NCBI GenBank assembly: GCA_023645945.1
Contig: JALAIB010000031.1
Span: 1-44,453, forward strand
Origin: Diploschistes diacapsis
Lineage: Eukaryota
Reading direction: 5' to 3'
Length of the DNA stretch: 44,453 nt
Shown here piece after piece: positions 1 through 12,692 of this stretch (position 1 is its first letter; each line of letters starts with the position of its first letter). The notes below the pieces were generated by a model. It ran no database searches, had not been told where the DNA came from, and saw only the letters and a list, made by a program, of their open reading frames with translations. Both the position numbers and the translations under genes were made by a program.

Positions 1-393
1 CTCTTCCTCCCCCCCGACGATCCGCGCCGCTCGACCCTCGCCCAAGCCCACGCGCACGCGAACCCCTACCTCTCCTCGTCCGAGTCATCGCGGGCGCGCC
101 TCCCGCCGCCCGTCAAAGAGCCGCGGGAGAAACAGTACAACCTGGGCCCGGAGCAGATCCGGGAGATCCGCGCGCTGCGGTCGAGCGACCCGTTTGCGTG
201 GACGAAGAAGAAGCTGGCGGAGAAGTTCGGGTGCACGGAGTTTTTCGTCAGCATGTGTTCGCCCGCGCCGAAGGAGCGGCTGGACTGGGCGAGGAGGAAG
301 GAGGAGGCGGTCAAGAGCCAGTGGGGGAGGAAGAGGAGGGGCGCGCGGGAGGAGAGGGAGAAGAGGAAGGTTCTGTTGCAGAGGGATTTGTAA
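1..393 (+). CDS. MRPL20: Mitochondrial large ribosomal subunit protein L20 (mL58), C-terminal part; 5' end lies outside the window
   Basis: Frame 1 is open from base 1 to TAA at 391-393 (not in the ORF track): LFLPPDDPRR...LPPPVKEPREKQYNLGPEQIREIRALRSSDPFAWTKKKLAEKFGCTEFFVSM...WGRKRRGAREEREKRK. This matches the fungal MRP-L20 pattern YxLxxEQIxEIRxLRxxDPxxWTxxxLAxKFxC. Confidence 0.85.
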   Translation, partial: LFLPPDDPRRSTLAQAHAHANPYLSSSESSRARLPPPVKEPREKQYNLGPEQIREIRALRSSDPFAWTKKKLAEKFGCTEFFVSMCSPAPKERLDWARRKEEAVKSQWGRKRRGAREEREKRKVLLQRDL

Positions 394-1120
394 GTCGAGG
401 CTGGAATCGGGTGGTGGCTGGCTTTGGGTTGTGTCTTGTGGAGGGGAGGGGCTGGATGGAGGAGTGTACGCTATTGTGGCTTGCTTTGCGAGCTGGGTTT
501 GGGAAGCAGTGGGGAGACGGTGGGCGATTCTGTTAATAGAGGAGGATTACAAGAGCTGTTGCGCGGCCTTTGGTGTGTGGCATCTGTAGTATAGCAAGGC
601 TCACAGAGCTTTCGAGTGGGTTGTATATTGCCGTGGAAGGGGTACAGGGGGTTTGATGTTCGAGAGCCGGGGAGAGAAGGCATTGCTTTTTGGAAAAAGT
701 ACAAAGGATTTCCCCATCTTTCGTTGATCTGAACATTAGCTACTGTGAGGGAGAGTCGCTGGACATTATACATCTTCTCCAAATCGCCCACTATCCTTTA
801 TGCTCAACAAATGCAACCGATATCCTGGCTGCAGGCCCGCATCGGTATATTGCTCCCATCACAAACCGACTCGCCATCCATACAACCACCGCTCATATCT
901 CACCCACGTCTTTGAAGCACTTGAGAAGACCCCATATCTTCCAAGGTCCTCCCGGATTCGTAAACGGAGAAAAAAGCAAAGTCCTTGAACCTCGAGAACC
1001 CCTACGTACGTATCGATGCTCCAGATCTCCCCGCCTTCTTACACACCTAAATACCCCCCAAACGACGTCGCCAGTAAAAGCCGCCCAGCTACTGTACTTA
1101 TATAGCCCACAAACAAACAA

Positions 1121-1144
1121 ACACACACACACACACACACACAC
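1121..1144. repeat. (AC)12 microsatellite preceded by short AAAC repeats
   Basis: Read directly: aaacaaacaa acacacacac acacacacac acac. Confidence 0.95.
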
Positions 1145-1585
1145 GGAACGCTGTCTCAGGGATGGATCGGGACAAAACGTAGACAAAGTCGAATACTAAT
1201 TAATTCCCGTGACCGCTCCCCGGAATTTGCGGAAAGAGAGGGGGGAAATAAAGCAAATGAGGATTGCAACCAATCGAAACAAAGATACTGGCAGCGATTA
1301 CGTTTCCAGAGGATTTTAGGACTGGCAGGTTTTTGCGTCCCTGTAAGGCGCAGAGAGGGGCGAGAAACTGTATCAAGAACTGTGACTGATCATATAGGCA
1401 AGTCGTGGGAAGAAAGGGCCGAAGAGCCTGTTGAGCTCAGGTTGTAAAATATATCGAGATCTCAATTCTGGAACGCTCGGCCCCATGGAACTCTGTGAGG
1501 TATTCGACCACCTATGTATAGCATTCGCACTACAAATACAGCCATCATCCACTCATGAAATCATTAGCACCACATACATGGCCAG

Positions 1586-3329
1586 CTATATATCCAGCAT
1601 GCTCCGCACCCTCTGCGGCCCCGCGGCACTAACAGCCGTCGTCCCGCTCCCGAAGCTCGCCATACTATTTTCCCTTTCAAGTACCCCCCTCTGCATCTGC
1701 CCTTGCGACTGAGGTGCCATTGGACTCGTCAGATCCCTGAACGGATCAGACATGCCCGATACCCCACTCCCAGTCAACGTAGCGATCTCAGGCTCCTCGT
1801 CCCTAAACGGCCTCGACAACGGGTCTCCACCAAAAGACCTCTCCTCCGCTAACCCAGCCCCCGCACCGTACTGGCGATCGCGACCTTCTTCCTCTCGCTC
1901 TGCCGTCAATGCCCTAAGCTCGATCTGCCGGTCTATTCTCCCACCTGTGGCCGGTCCGCCACCCACCTCGCCCGCCAAAGCCCTTAGCTTGGCGTCGTTG
2001 TCCAGCCCGATCTCGTTTGCGACGCGGGTCCACCACCAGGGCTTGCGCGTGCGGCGGTCGAGACCCAGTTCCGCGTCGACGGCCCGGCCTCGCACGACGC
2101 GCTGCCGGATCAGCTCGAGATCTTCGTTCGGGTAATGTAGACCTGCGAAGGCATTCAGATACAGAATTAGCACTGCGGGGCCGTAGCCCAGACCGTACAC
2201 CCAGCCGTCGTTGACGGCATCGTTGGCGTTATTGATGGTCCAGAGCCAACCCTGGGCCTCAGCATAGCCGATTGTTGCAAGAGCTAGGGGGATAGTGAGG
2301 AGAAAATGCAGGGGTATTGTGCGCAGGCGGCCGAGGAAACGGTTGCGAGCGTGAGAACGGTAGTGTTTAACACTGTGCCAGAGGGAGATGCAGATGCAGA
2401 GCCAGGCAAGGAAGGCGAGGATGGCGCCGGCACGAAAGCGTGGGTCTGTGGCGGTGGGCTTGGCAATGGTGACGGTTTGGATTGGGTCCGCTTGGGCTTG
2501 GAATCCAAGCCAGTTACGAGGAATAATCATGAAGAAGTTCTGTGACAGCGAATTTTAGAAGAGTCGAATGAAGGAAGGCGAGAGCTTACTAGCCAGGCGA
2601 AGAGGTAAAAGATCAGCGGTAGGTAGAATTCGACTTTGGATCTGCTGTCGTCTTGTGGTAGGGCAAACGGATCTACATCGTGGAGTTGACGTTCCGACCA
2701 CGAACCCCTGGTATAATGTCAGCACACATCTGAAGGAGAGAGCCTGATCTAACGAACCAATGCCGCACATTTTCCCACACACAAGCGAGCAAGCCCGGCA
2801 CCATTAGGTACCAAAACAGGGTCTGAATAATGAGTGGCGAGCTTTGTAGATAATAACGGTCTACATCGATGGCCGATATCGTGCTAATAATCCCGCAGCC
2901 TGCAACAAATAGCGCCCAGTACCACGACCATCTTCTCCCAATAGCTCGGAATCTCTTCTCCTGCGGCAAGAATAGCTGCCCGTGTTTCCTCAGGCACACT
3001 AGCGTGAGCATTATAGAGAAGCCAAACAAGACCGCAAACGCGATTCCCATACCTCCACTCTGTCCAATCGGGTAATATGGAATGTAGCACGATGTTCCGT
3101 TCGTTATGCTACCGTTTGGATAGATGACAGGCATGTAGTCGGAGAACTGAGGGAAGGTAAGATAGCAATAGGAGCCATTTGAGATGGTGGAGTTTGAGTA
3201 TAGAGCGAAATTGTAGGTATTGAGAGTCGTCCGATTGTAATGCATGCCGTTGATGACAACATCGGTGGTGTTTGTGCCGGTCACGAAGGGCTCGAGAGCC
3301 CTCCGGTAGGGTATTGAGGGCGCGAGCAT
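1586..3329 (-). CDS. DUF2434-like multi-pass fungal membrane protein, 3 exons (3329-2758, 2707-2590, 2539-1586)
   Basis: Introns 2708-2757 (GTTCGT..GCTGAC..CAG) and 2540-2589 (GTAAGC..CAG) join the ORFs in frame: ..VRHW|GSWSERQLHDVDPFALPQDDSRSKVEFYLPLIFYLFAWL|NFFMIIPRNW. The N-terminus is rich in N-glycosylation sites (NRT, NST, NGS, NGT) and several TM segments follow. Confidence 0.75.
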
Positions 3330-4082
3330 CTTGATTCTTGTAGCTTCAAACTCTCATCATAGATAGTTGTGTCATCTGAACGGGGTTGTAGTCAGTGTTC
3401 CAATGTACTACTGTAGAGCGTCCGACTTCAATTTGCGTTAGCTACAGTACGGTACCGCAATCTGGGACGAGGCAGTGAAACGCAGAAACCAACAAGAAGG
3501 ATATGTCGATGTAAGTTAAGAAAGCCCGAGAACTTCCTCAGGTGATTTGGTTCCGGACGGAAGTATGTACAGATCAAAGTGGAGTGAGACTGAGAACTGA
3601 GAGATGAAGCTGTCATATTTTGCCCATAACATACAAAACAGCGGGTCCCCCGAAAAAGTCCCGCAGTTAAGTTAGTTGAGCCGACTTCCGACATTTTCTT
3701 GGCATCGAAGGGCGTTCTCACAAATTACATCCAGATGGGGAAATAGATTCTTTTCAACAATCGATAGATCTTGGTGGTCTCTCAAAAAGGGGTGAAAACA
3801 TAGGACTGATGATATAGTACACAGGGAGGCATTATTTATTGCGAGCGAATGTATATGTAACATGTGTCCAAACATGTGTCCAACGGAGGCAGCAGTCAAC
3901 AGAGCAAGTATCGAAACGAACGAGCGCAGAAGAGATAGATGTCTCGAGCTCAAGTCCAACCAGACAGTTTTCTCAGGACCACGCCGTAGGACAGAGTCGG
4001 TAAACGACTTCTGCAGCATGGACCTCCTCGCTGGAGGCCGTCTGTGGTTAGCAATCAGAACAAAATTCTCCCAAGCGACGGG

Positions 4083-6789
4083 TCACCTTGCCTGTCTGGG
4101 ATACTCCCCTGGAATATGTAAATCGCTGATTGTCTGCACACTATTCTGGCTTCTCGCAAATGGCGCTTTGGTGAGTACAGGCTCTGGCGACACTGGTGGC
4201 GAGTCCGTCATTCCTGTAGCTGTTGTTGCCGGAGTAGCAGCTCCTGAAACACGAGACTCTTGGATAGCATGAGAGGATGCAATAGGGATGGCTAGCGTGG
4301 CTGGTGGATTGGCCGTCTCGTGCTGCATGGGAACAGGGGGAGGGACACTTCTGAACTCTGTGGGGCCGTCACCTTGATGGGTGAGTATTTTGGTGCTCAT
4401 GGGCAAGATTGGCTGCGGTGATTGAATAGGCACGGAAATGGGTGCGGCGCTTGGGGCTGCTGCACGTTGTTCTGTTAGAGCAGACTGGTTGTGAAGCTGG
4501 GTAGTTTCTGTTCTGGATGGTTCGGGTTTTCGTTGTAAAGCCTGTGAAGCGGGTTCGGCGAGTGCTGCCAGAGCTGCAACTGCTGTGGTAGCTTGATCGA
4601 TAGTTTGGGCACGCTCCTGTTGATGCGGGGTAGGATTAGAAACCTGCGCAGGCTGTTCGTGCTGGAAGTTGGGCATCGGGCGGCCAATGGTATTCAATGC
4701 TGCTGTTCTGCCTCCCGAACCAGCATTATCCAACGGGCCATGTTCGCCTTCTCGTACCACATGACCAGACTGACCATAAGGGACGCTAGATCCTACTAGC
4801 TCACCGGCAGCTGCTGTCGCTTCATGACCATTGGAGCTTGTTCCACTAGAATGCGAAAGTGGGTTTTGTAAGTTTCGCTGGACATTCAAATCACTCGGGA
4901 AACGCCCACCTGGCTGGGGCCGTTCAGGCGCTTGATCCTGGACCGGATGCTCAACTTGCGAGGCTGCGGCCGAATAAGGAACCTGATCTGCTTCATCTTC
5001 CTCCATACCACCATCACTACTCATTGAACGAGCCGTTACACTTCCACCACTGATACTTCTAGCGTGCTTCCTAACGAATGCATCCCGCTCTATTCCCGTC
5101 TTCTCCGTTAAATCCTTGATGTCGTTGTACCAGGCAAGCATGGTTTCCCGGGTCTCCGCCCTAAATACCCAGCCGTGACCACGATGCAAGCCGCCCGTCT
5201 GGCGCCCCTTGAGCATAAACTTGTGTGACGAGGAGTCAGGGCTGGAGTGGGAGCCAAGCTTCTGTTCATGCAGATACAGGGACATGACTGGAGTCTGCAG
5301 ATTGAGGCGGTCGGCTGATTTGAATTCGTGGAGGTGCGTAGGCGATAAGACATACCTGGTGAATGTTAGCATGTGTGGCATTTTTTGCGATTGTTAGACC
5401 GTACCATCCGGGAGTATAGCTTTTCAAATACTTGCTCTTACGCTCAAGCATGCCGGCTCTGACTTCAGCCGCTGCCGGAGCATCTCTGCCGGGATAAGTG
5501 ATCAAATCGGCGCTACGCACAGGCATTCGTGGATCGACAAAGCTTTCATTGTCCAGTACGAAAGCGTCCCATTCTCGGTCTTTCGCCATGGCAATCGGCC
5601 CTGTCTTGAGTTTTTCCACAGCGTCGTAGCTTTCATCTGCTTCCCGTTTGAGGATGCCGGCATATGCGTTGTAAGCTTTCTGTATTTCACCCACGACAAT
5701 CGACTCAAGCTCACGACCTGAATTTTCAAGATTGAGGAAAGCCTAGGATGCTGTCAGCTTCCTAACGCATCACTTCGCTGCTGTTACGTACCTTGTGTAG
5801 GTAATTCTCTTCGTCGATTTGTCTGTCAATCTGTCGCTCAACACCGAGCTTGATAATGTATGGATCTCCCTTTCCAGATGTCGCACTAGAGTCTATATCT
5901 ACAAGACCTAGCGCTTCTTGAAGACTTCTAACTGCTTTGCGGGTATTCTCTGTCTCCTTGTCTACTGAGTTCTTAAAATCACCAGACAGGTTCTTAATTT
6001 CCTTTATCTTCTGGGATAAATCACTGCGTAGCCCCGTCAGCTGTACCATTATGTCTTCCTCGATGGTCTTCGCTCTGTTACTTTCTGCCAGAGCCTGCTT
6101 GTGGTAATGTGCGAGGACTCCAGTAGCGTCTGCGATTCCACCTTCGCGGAGGAATCCCTGGGGTCCATTGATGTTAGAGACCAGGTTTGATAACGATAAG
6201 AGTTGCTTGGAGCGCGCTTCGTGAGTCTTTTGGACTTCGCGGAAATAGCTAATCAGATCCTTCAGAACCTTCCTCCAGTCTTTTCACTTCGTTAGCAGCA
6301 TATCAGAAAACATTACTAAAGCAGGGTCAACCAACCTTGAAAGCGATTTGCAAGGATCTCAGTGGGGTTGCCTTTTGTCGGAACAGGCGTGAAGAAAGCA
6401 CTATAGAGGTCGGCACCCTCGTACTTCTCCTTATCCCCTAGCGTCAGGCTCTTCACACTTCCAGCCGCCAAGCTTCTCCGGCTGCTGCTCCGTCTCAGAC
6501 TGTTCCCCCGTTTTAGCGAATGTTTCTTCTTCAAAGTCCCGCCACGGGATGGCGTCAATGTCTGGGATTGCGACATGACAGAGTTGGATCTTCGAACGGT
6601 GTTTCCGCCAGCGTCGGCATCCATCAATGGTGATTGGGGACGACTTGCGTCGAACTCTTCATTGAATTTCCCACTAGGGCCTTGCTGCAGGGAGTGTGCC
6701 AGAGGAGAAATATTGGTAAGCGGTCCTTGCGCGTAGTCTGTTGCTGCTGGACCACCTGTAGCAGAGCCTCTGGCCAGGTGCGGATCCAT
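4083..6789 (-). CDS. SLM1: Slm1/Slm2-like BAR-PH domain PI(4,5)P2-binding protein, 4 exons (6789-6336, 6279-5792, 5742-5405, 5355-4083)
   Basis: Introns 6280-6335, 5743-5791 and 5356-5404 are all GT..AG with CTAAC/CTGAC. Motifs: PTEILANRFQ|DWRKVLKDLISYFRE (BAR) and the PH domain GMLERKSKYLKSYTPGW|YVLSPTHLHEFKS...WVFRAETRETMLAWY. Low-complexity C-terminal tail. Confidence 0.85.
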
Positions 6790-7474
6790 CTCTGCTAACG
6801 TTCACACGGTGCAAGTTCGGGGATTCCGACCGAAAGGATCGGTGCGCAACTGTGTGGTCTTCTGGGCGCTTGAGACGTGAACCCACTCTGGAAGACCTTT
6901 GGGGGGGGATAATTGTTGCAATAGAGGGGCTATTCCCAGCAAATTCGGAGGAGCAATAAGGATCTGGAGAGGCAGTATCAGGCCAACATGTAGTAGCTCT
7001 CATTAATCATCGAATTCATGCAGAAAGACTTAAGGGGTCAAGAAGCATGGGCAATCGAAGGCAATGAAGGGGGATGTTGCGGAGTTACCAGGAAGCTGGC
7101 TGTTGAGGTGAAGCAAAAAGCCCAAAACGTCATAGGGAATCAAGCTCGGGTGGCAAGGGCCGACCCTTATTCCGGGCTTGTTCTACAGTCACGTTCCAAA
7201 TTTACAACGTATATCTCTGTATAAGCTGGTTCTTAGTGATATGGCAGCTTCATGAAATGTGCGCATTTGGTGTAATTTGGGAAGGGCTCATTACTTTTGG
7301 ATGCCAATATACTGTACTTGCACGTACCCTTTTCAGTGCCATAAAACCTCTTAAGAGACGGACCAAAGTGGCCAGTGAAACAACCGAATGCTTGTCAAAA
7401 TGGAATTGTTGCTCTACTAGCAAGACAAGTTTTAGCAACGTGGATCCTGGTAGCTGCACCAAGGTACCTGCAAA

Positions 7475-9956
7475 CTACTGATTGCCAGATAATCCTGCCT
7501 CTTTCAGCTTGGCTGTAAGTTCCTCAATCTTCGCTTCAGCCTTCTTCAGGGCATCATTAACAGCAGTCTCATTCGCTGTACCGCCGTTTGCGCTCCGCCT
7601 CTGTACGTCTATCGAGTTCACTAGTCTTCTCTGATCCCGAAGCTCCACAAGTTTGGTGATCGCTTCCTCCAATGGAATCAACTCGCCCTTTGCTTGAGTC
7701 TTCTGATCGTCTCTGTTACGGATATTGACTGTTTGAGACTCTTTCTCCTGGGCGCCAACGACTGCTTGCGGTTAGCGATTTCCATCAACTGTACTTAGCC
7801 TAACTTGCCAAAAACAAAATTATATTGCTGATGCTGTCCTCTCAATATTTTTTTCGGAAGAGTCTGGCCGCTAATATCGACATCCGCATAAAGTTGCCGC
7901 TGCCTGAGTTTGGCTTGTACCTCTTCCACATAGTCATTTAGTGCAGGCATGACCGGTACTACCAATACCTGGCGAGGACTCAACCAAAACGGCCACTTGC
8001 CTGCAAAATGCTCGATCAATATTGCCATAAATCGCTCAAAACTCCCAACAATAGCTCTGTGCAGCATCACAGGCCTCGCTCGGCCTGGACCCGGACCCTT
8101 CGCCTTTGCTGATAAATTTGCCTCTGAACCCCCTCCCTTCGCTTTAGCTGGTCCATTTGTGTCTGACGAAGTCTCCTCCTTCGCTTTGGCCGCCTTTTCG
8201 TGCGTCATGAATTCCAAAGCGAATGCCTCGGGGAGTTGAAAGTCCAGCTGCATAGTAGCGCACTGGAACGATCGCCTCAAGGCATCCGAAATTTCAATAT
8301 CAATTTTGGGACCATAGAACGCCCCATCGCCAGGGTTTAACTCCCACCCTTTTCCCGTTTTCGAAGAGAAATTGTTTAACGCCTGAGTGAGCTTCTCTTC
8401 GGCAGACTTCCATGTCTCAATATCGCCTAGGAACTTTTCTGGCCGAGTGGATAGCCTAAGTGAGAAATCCATATCAAAGGTATTGTACACGTAACTGAGG
8501 AAATCAAAGTATCCTTCTATTTCTTGGGTGATCTAATGAAAGTGAGCAACTTTGATGGCCACTACAAAGTGAACCTACTTGGTCGAATGTACAAAATATA
8601 TGTGCGTCGTCCTGCTGAAACTTACGCACCCTGGTCAGACCGTGGAGGGCTCCACTGGCTTCATTGCGATGTAAGTGGCCAAAATCCGCCATACGAAGCG
8701 GTAATTCGCGGTAGGTTCTCTCTTTGCTTGCAAAAATTTTGCAGTGACCTGGGCAATTCATTGCTTTCATAGCCCAGGTTTTGTTGTCCACTTCCACGCG
8801 GAACATGTTGACCTCGTAGTGAGCCCAGTGTCCAGAAATCTTCCACAATGTAGAATCATACATATTAGGGCTTTGAACCTCGTGGTAACCGCGCAAAAAG
8901 TACTGCTCCCGAAGGAAGCCCTGGATAGCGTTAAATATCCTCGTTCCATGGGGTAGGAAGAATGGGCATCCTGAGGCCAGCTCGTCGAACATGAAAAGTT
9001 CCTGGTCTTTCCCTATCCGCCGATGATCACGCTTTGCAGCTTCCTCAAGGAATTTGAGATGCTCAGCGAGCAACTTCTTATCTGGAAAAGCGACCCCGTA
9101 TATTCGTTGCAGTGAATCACCGTCTTTGTCGCCAAGGAAATAGCATGAGGAGTTCTATTGCAGCTCAAGAAACGATACCAACGAGGAACACCGACTCCTT
9201 ACCTTCATAATCTTAAAACCCTTGATCTTAGATGTATTTTGAATATGTGGACCCCGACATAGATCGACCAAGGTTCCGCATCGATAGACGGTGCTCCCTT
9301 CATCTGGTAGCAATGAATTGATGTAGTGCATTTTGTACTTGCTATAGCCGAACATCTTCTCTAGATTGAGTTTCGAAACCCAAAGACGCTCGAATGGCTG
9401 CTTTTCTTTCATGACCCGATCGGCACCTTTCTGTAAAGGCCCAAGGTCTGTCTCTTTGACTGCTTCTCTAGACTCTACTTGTAAGTGTCAGTGAGAATGT
9501 GCAGGTACCGACTTACCCATCGCCGATGCGCATGTCATAAAAAAACCCTTCTTCCACCGGCGGACCGTGAGACAGGAGACAGGTGTAGTGACATTCACAA
9601 GCTTCACCCAAGACGTGCGCGCTACTGTGCCAGAATACCATGCGACCCTCGGTAGTGGAGAAGAGAACATAGCTGATTTTGCACGCTTTTTCAATAGGTC
9701 TGTCTAGATCCCAGAGCTCGCCTTCAATTTTGGCAACGACTACCTGGGATGCGAAGGCTTTGTCCACATGTCGCAGCAGTTGAGCCGGGGTCGTCTCCCA
9801 AGCCTTGACTTGTGATGACACTGGTTCCTTCCCATCTTCTACGACCTCGACCGCAACTTCTATCTTCTCTTTCTGCTTTTGTTCCGAGATGTGTTTCTGC
9901 CACAATTCCTCAAACAATTCATTGCGCTGTTGTATGTATCCCGGAAGAGAACCCAT
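7475..9956 (-). CDS. THS1: Threonyl-tRNA synthetase, cytosolic type, 5 exons (9956-9517, 9467-9203, 9154-8579, 8532-7809, 7761-7475)
   Basis: TGS domain (WDLDRPIE), editing motifs HSSAH and [72 protein letters not shown] and [12 protein letters not shown]. Introns 9468-9516, 9155-9202, 8533-8578 and 7762-7808 (GC-AG). Confidence 0.95.
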
Positions 9957-10273
9957 GGCGGGCGCTGTTTTGAATAAATCTTAGGCTGTTCAAACGCTAG
10001 AAAACTTGCGTTAGTATCTAATAAGCCTGCGATCGCCCATGAGTTGAGTAAGAGTATTTATTCCTATACAACGCAGTCTTATGCAGTGACTCAAGGGGTA
10101 TCTACTTGGTAAGTTAGCGTAGACCAGGAGGGGTCAAGGGAGGCCGGTGGAGACTCCGATTAGGGCTTGCGTATTGTAGGGCTGACAGGGGTGCATAAGC
10201 TTCCGCGGAGCTTTCGCAAATCATTTAAGACTATACCTAAATTTCACTGCAGTCCTCATTCTACTTCATCATT

Positions 10274-11087
10274 ATGTCTGGAAGGGGCGGTTTTCGGGGC
10301 CGGGGCCCGCCTCGTGGCGGCGGATTTTCAAGTTCTCGAGGTATGGAAGGACTTTCGACTACATTACCATTCTATACAATACTGAAATGGTGGTTCCCCT
10401 AGGTCGTGGCGGGTTTCAGCAATCTTATGGACCACCAGCAGCTGTCATTGGTACCCTTCCTCCTCTGTGATCCGTTGGCTTAGCTGATGGGATTTAGAAA
10501 TGGGAACTTTCCTGCACGCTACGGAAGGTGAAATGGTCTGCGAGTCGTCGAACCCAAAAGTACCATATTTCAACGCGCCGATCTTCCTCGAAAATAAGGT
10601 AATCTCACTCGAACATGTGTCGGGAAAAAGTTTATTAAGACCTATCCAGACAGCAATCGGAAAAGTTGACGAAATACTTGGCCCGATAAATCAGGTCTAC
10701 TTCACAATCAAGCCACAGGAGGGTATCGTTGCTACATCTTTCAAATCTGGCGACAAGTTCTTCATAGCAGGAGATAGACTGTTGCCTATGGAGCGGTAAG
10801 TTCAACTGTCCATATCTAGATTGTTCTCATTGATATGCCGCAGGTTTCTTCCGAAACCGAAGCCGCCGCCTGGCGCTGCGAGACCAAAGAAACCAGTAGG
10901 AGCGAGAGGTGGCCGAGGAGGTTTCGATAGGGGTGGTAGGGCGCGAGGAGGTAGAGGTGCGCCAAGAGGTCGGGGAGGTTTTGGTGACCGTGGAAGAGGC
11001 GGACCGCGAGGTAGTTTCAGGGGTGGCTTCAATTCCAGTCGCGGAGGAGGTCGGGGAGCTTCGCGGGGAGGATTTCGAGGTTACTAG
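10274..11087 (+). CDS. GAR1: H/ACA ribonucleoprotein complex subunit Gar1, 5 exons (10274-10340, 10403-10450, 10498-10598, 10650-10795, 10844-11087)
   Basis: RGG-rich N- and C-termini flank the core [68 protein letters not shown]. All four introns are GT..AG. Confidence 0.95.
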
Positions 11088-11502
11088 GTTTATGCTACCT
11101 ACGGGATCTGCTTATGACAGCAGTGAGCCGATCGCAAGGTACAAGATACAAATGAAGATGTTGCAACGTGCGGGGAGGCGTTCGGAGTAATCTAAGGGCT
11201 CAAGGGGGGTTGAGATGATTGTCTCTGTAAGAGGTGTATAGCAACATTCGTGGTTGTTTTTAAAAACTATGAACATTGGTAAAGACAACATTCTTAAGGG
11301 CGCTGGGGAAAGATACCATAAGCGCAAGGTCTGGGATACAGTACCTAGCGGTTTAAGCGCAGTGTGACGTAGTGGGAGACCCCACTAAAACCCATGAAGT
11401 CCTTATTGTTAACTATCATAACCTACAGCGAGTACGTAGCCGGTTTCTCTGTAGTACTACATCTATCGATCTTACGTTTCGAGTTTGAAGAACCTTTTCA
11501 AT

Positions 11503-12692
11503 ATGGCGGCCCCAACGTTGGAGCTCGACCCCAAGTATGACCATTATGACTATCCTACCACAAGTCCAAACAAGCAAAGTGGTCACCCTGGGCACACAAC
11601 TGCCCAAGAGAATGCAAAAGTTTATCAGCTACGGACAGAGCTAGAGAGGGCAGGATGCAAGGACAGGCTAGATACTCATACGATGGTTAGGAAGGGGATA
11701 ATGCCTCGTTACATAAACTGACCAATGCAGCTGCGGTTTTTGAGAGCAAGGAAGTTTGATGTCCAGGCTTCAAAGAAGATGTGGGATACTCGAAATTGAT
11801 GTAGCACAGCAATTGACTAATGCTGATCAGGTTTCTCGACTGCGAGCAATGGCGAAAACAATTTGGCGGAGGTGTCGAGCACCTAGTTCGGACATTCGAT
11901 TATAAGGAGAAGCCCCAAGTGTTCAAGTATTACCCTCAGTACTATCATAATACAGATAAGGTGTGTAACTTACTCCTATGGCTGGAGATTACTCTTCGTT
12001 AAGGTTTGTGCTGCTAGGATGGTCGGCCGGTCTACATCGAGCAGCTGGGCAACATCGACCTGAATGCTATGTATAAGATCACCACAGCCGAGCGTACACT
12101 GCAAAACCTGGTCTGCGAATATGAGAAAGTTGCTGATCCACGACTCCCTGCTTGCTCCCGGAAAGCCGGGCAACTTCTCGAGACTTGTTGCACGATCATG
12201 GACTTGAAGGGTGTGGGACTGGGTAGCGCTAGGCAGGTTTATGATTATATTGGAAAGGCTTCCGCGATATCGCAAAACTACTACCCCGAGCGACTTGGGA
12301 AGCTATACGTGGTGCATGCGCCATGGGGGTTTTCAACAGTTTGGAGTTTTGTCAAAGGGTTCCTAGACCCAGTCACGGTGTCAAAAATCCATGTCTTGGG
12401 AAGTGGGTACGAAAAAGAGCTCCATGCACAAATACCAAAGGAGAACCTGCCCAAGCGGTTTGGCGGAACATGCGAGTGTCCTGGTGGTTGCGAGTTTGCT
12501 GACCCGGGCCCTTGGAGGGATTCGCAGTACACGAAGCCTGCGTGGTGGGAGAGACCCGCAGATGCCATCGAAAACAAAGGTACAGATATCGAGGGAGCTG
12601 ACGCAAAGGACGCATCAGTTGGCGAGCATGGCTTGAGTTCCGCGGGGAAAGCCGGGGCGGAGGCAGATGCAAAAGCGCCGGCACACGCGTGA
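11503..12692 (+). CDS. SEC14: Sec14 phosphatidylinositol/phosphatidylcholine transfer protein, 4 exons (11503-11685, 11731-11780, 11831-11960, 12018-12692)
   Basis: CRAL-TRIO motifs: [67 protein letters not shown] and [13 protein letters not shown]. Confidence 0.95.

Noticed and set aside
690..1199. 169-aa ORF
   Set aside because: TTG start, runs through the (AC)n microsatellite, has no motif, and lies between convergent gene ends.
10599..10649. Stop-free 51-nt GAR1 intron as a regulated retained intron
   Set aside because: Short 3n introns without stops are common by chance, and the insertion would disrupt the conserved core.
11370..11387. Hairpin TAGTGGG-agac-CCCACTA between GAR1 and SEC14
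   Set aside because: A 7-bp stem is expected by chance, and there is no tRNA cloverleaf or other RNA context.
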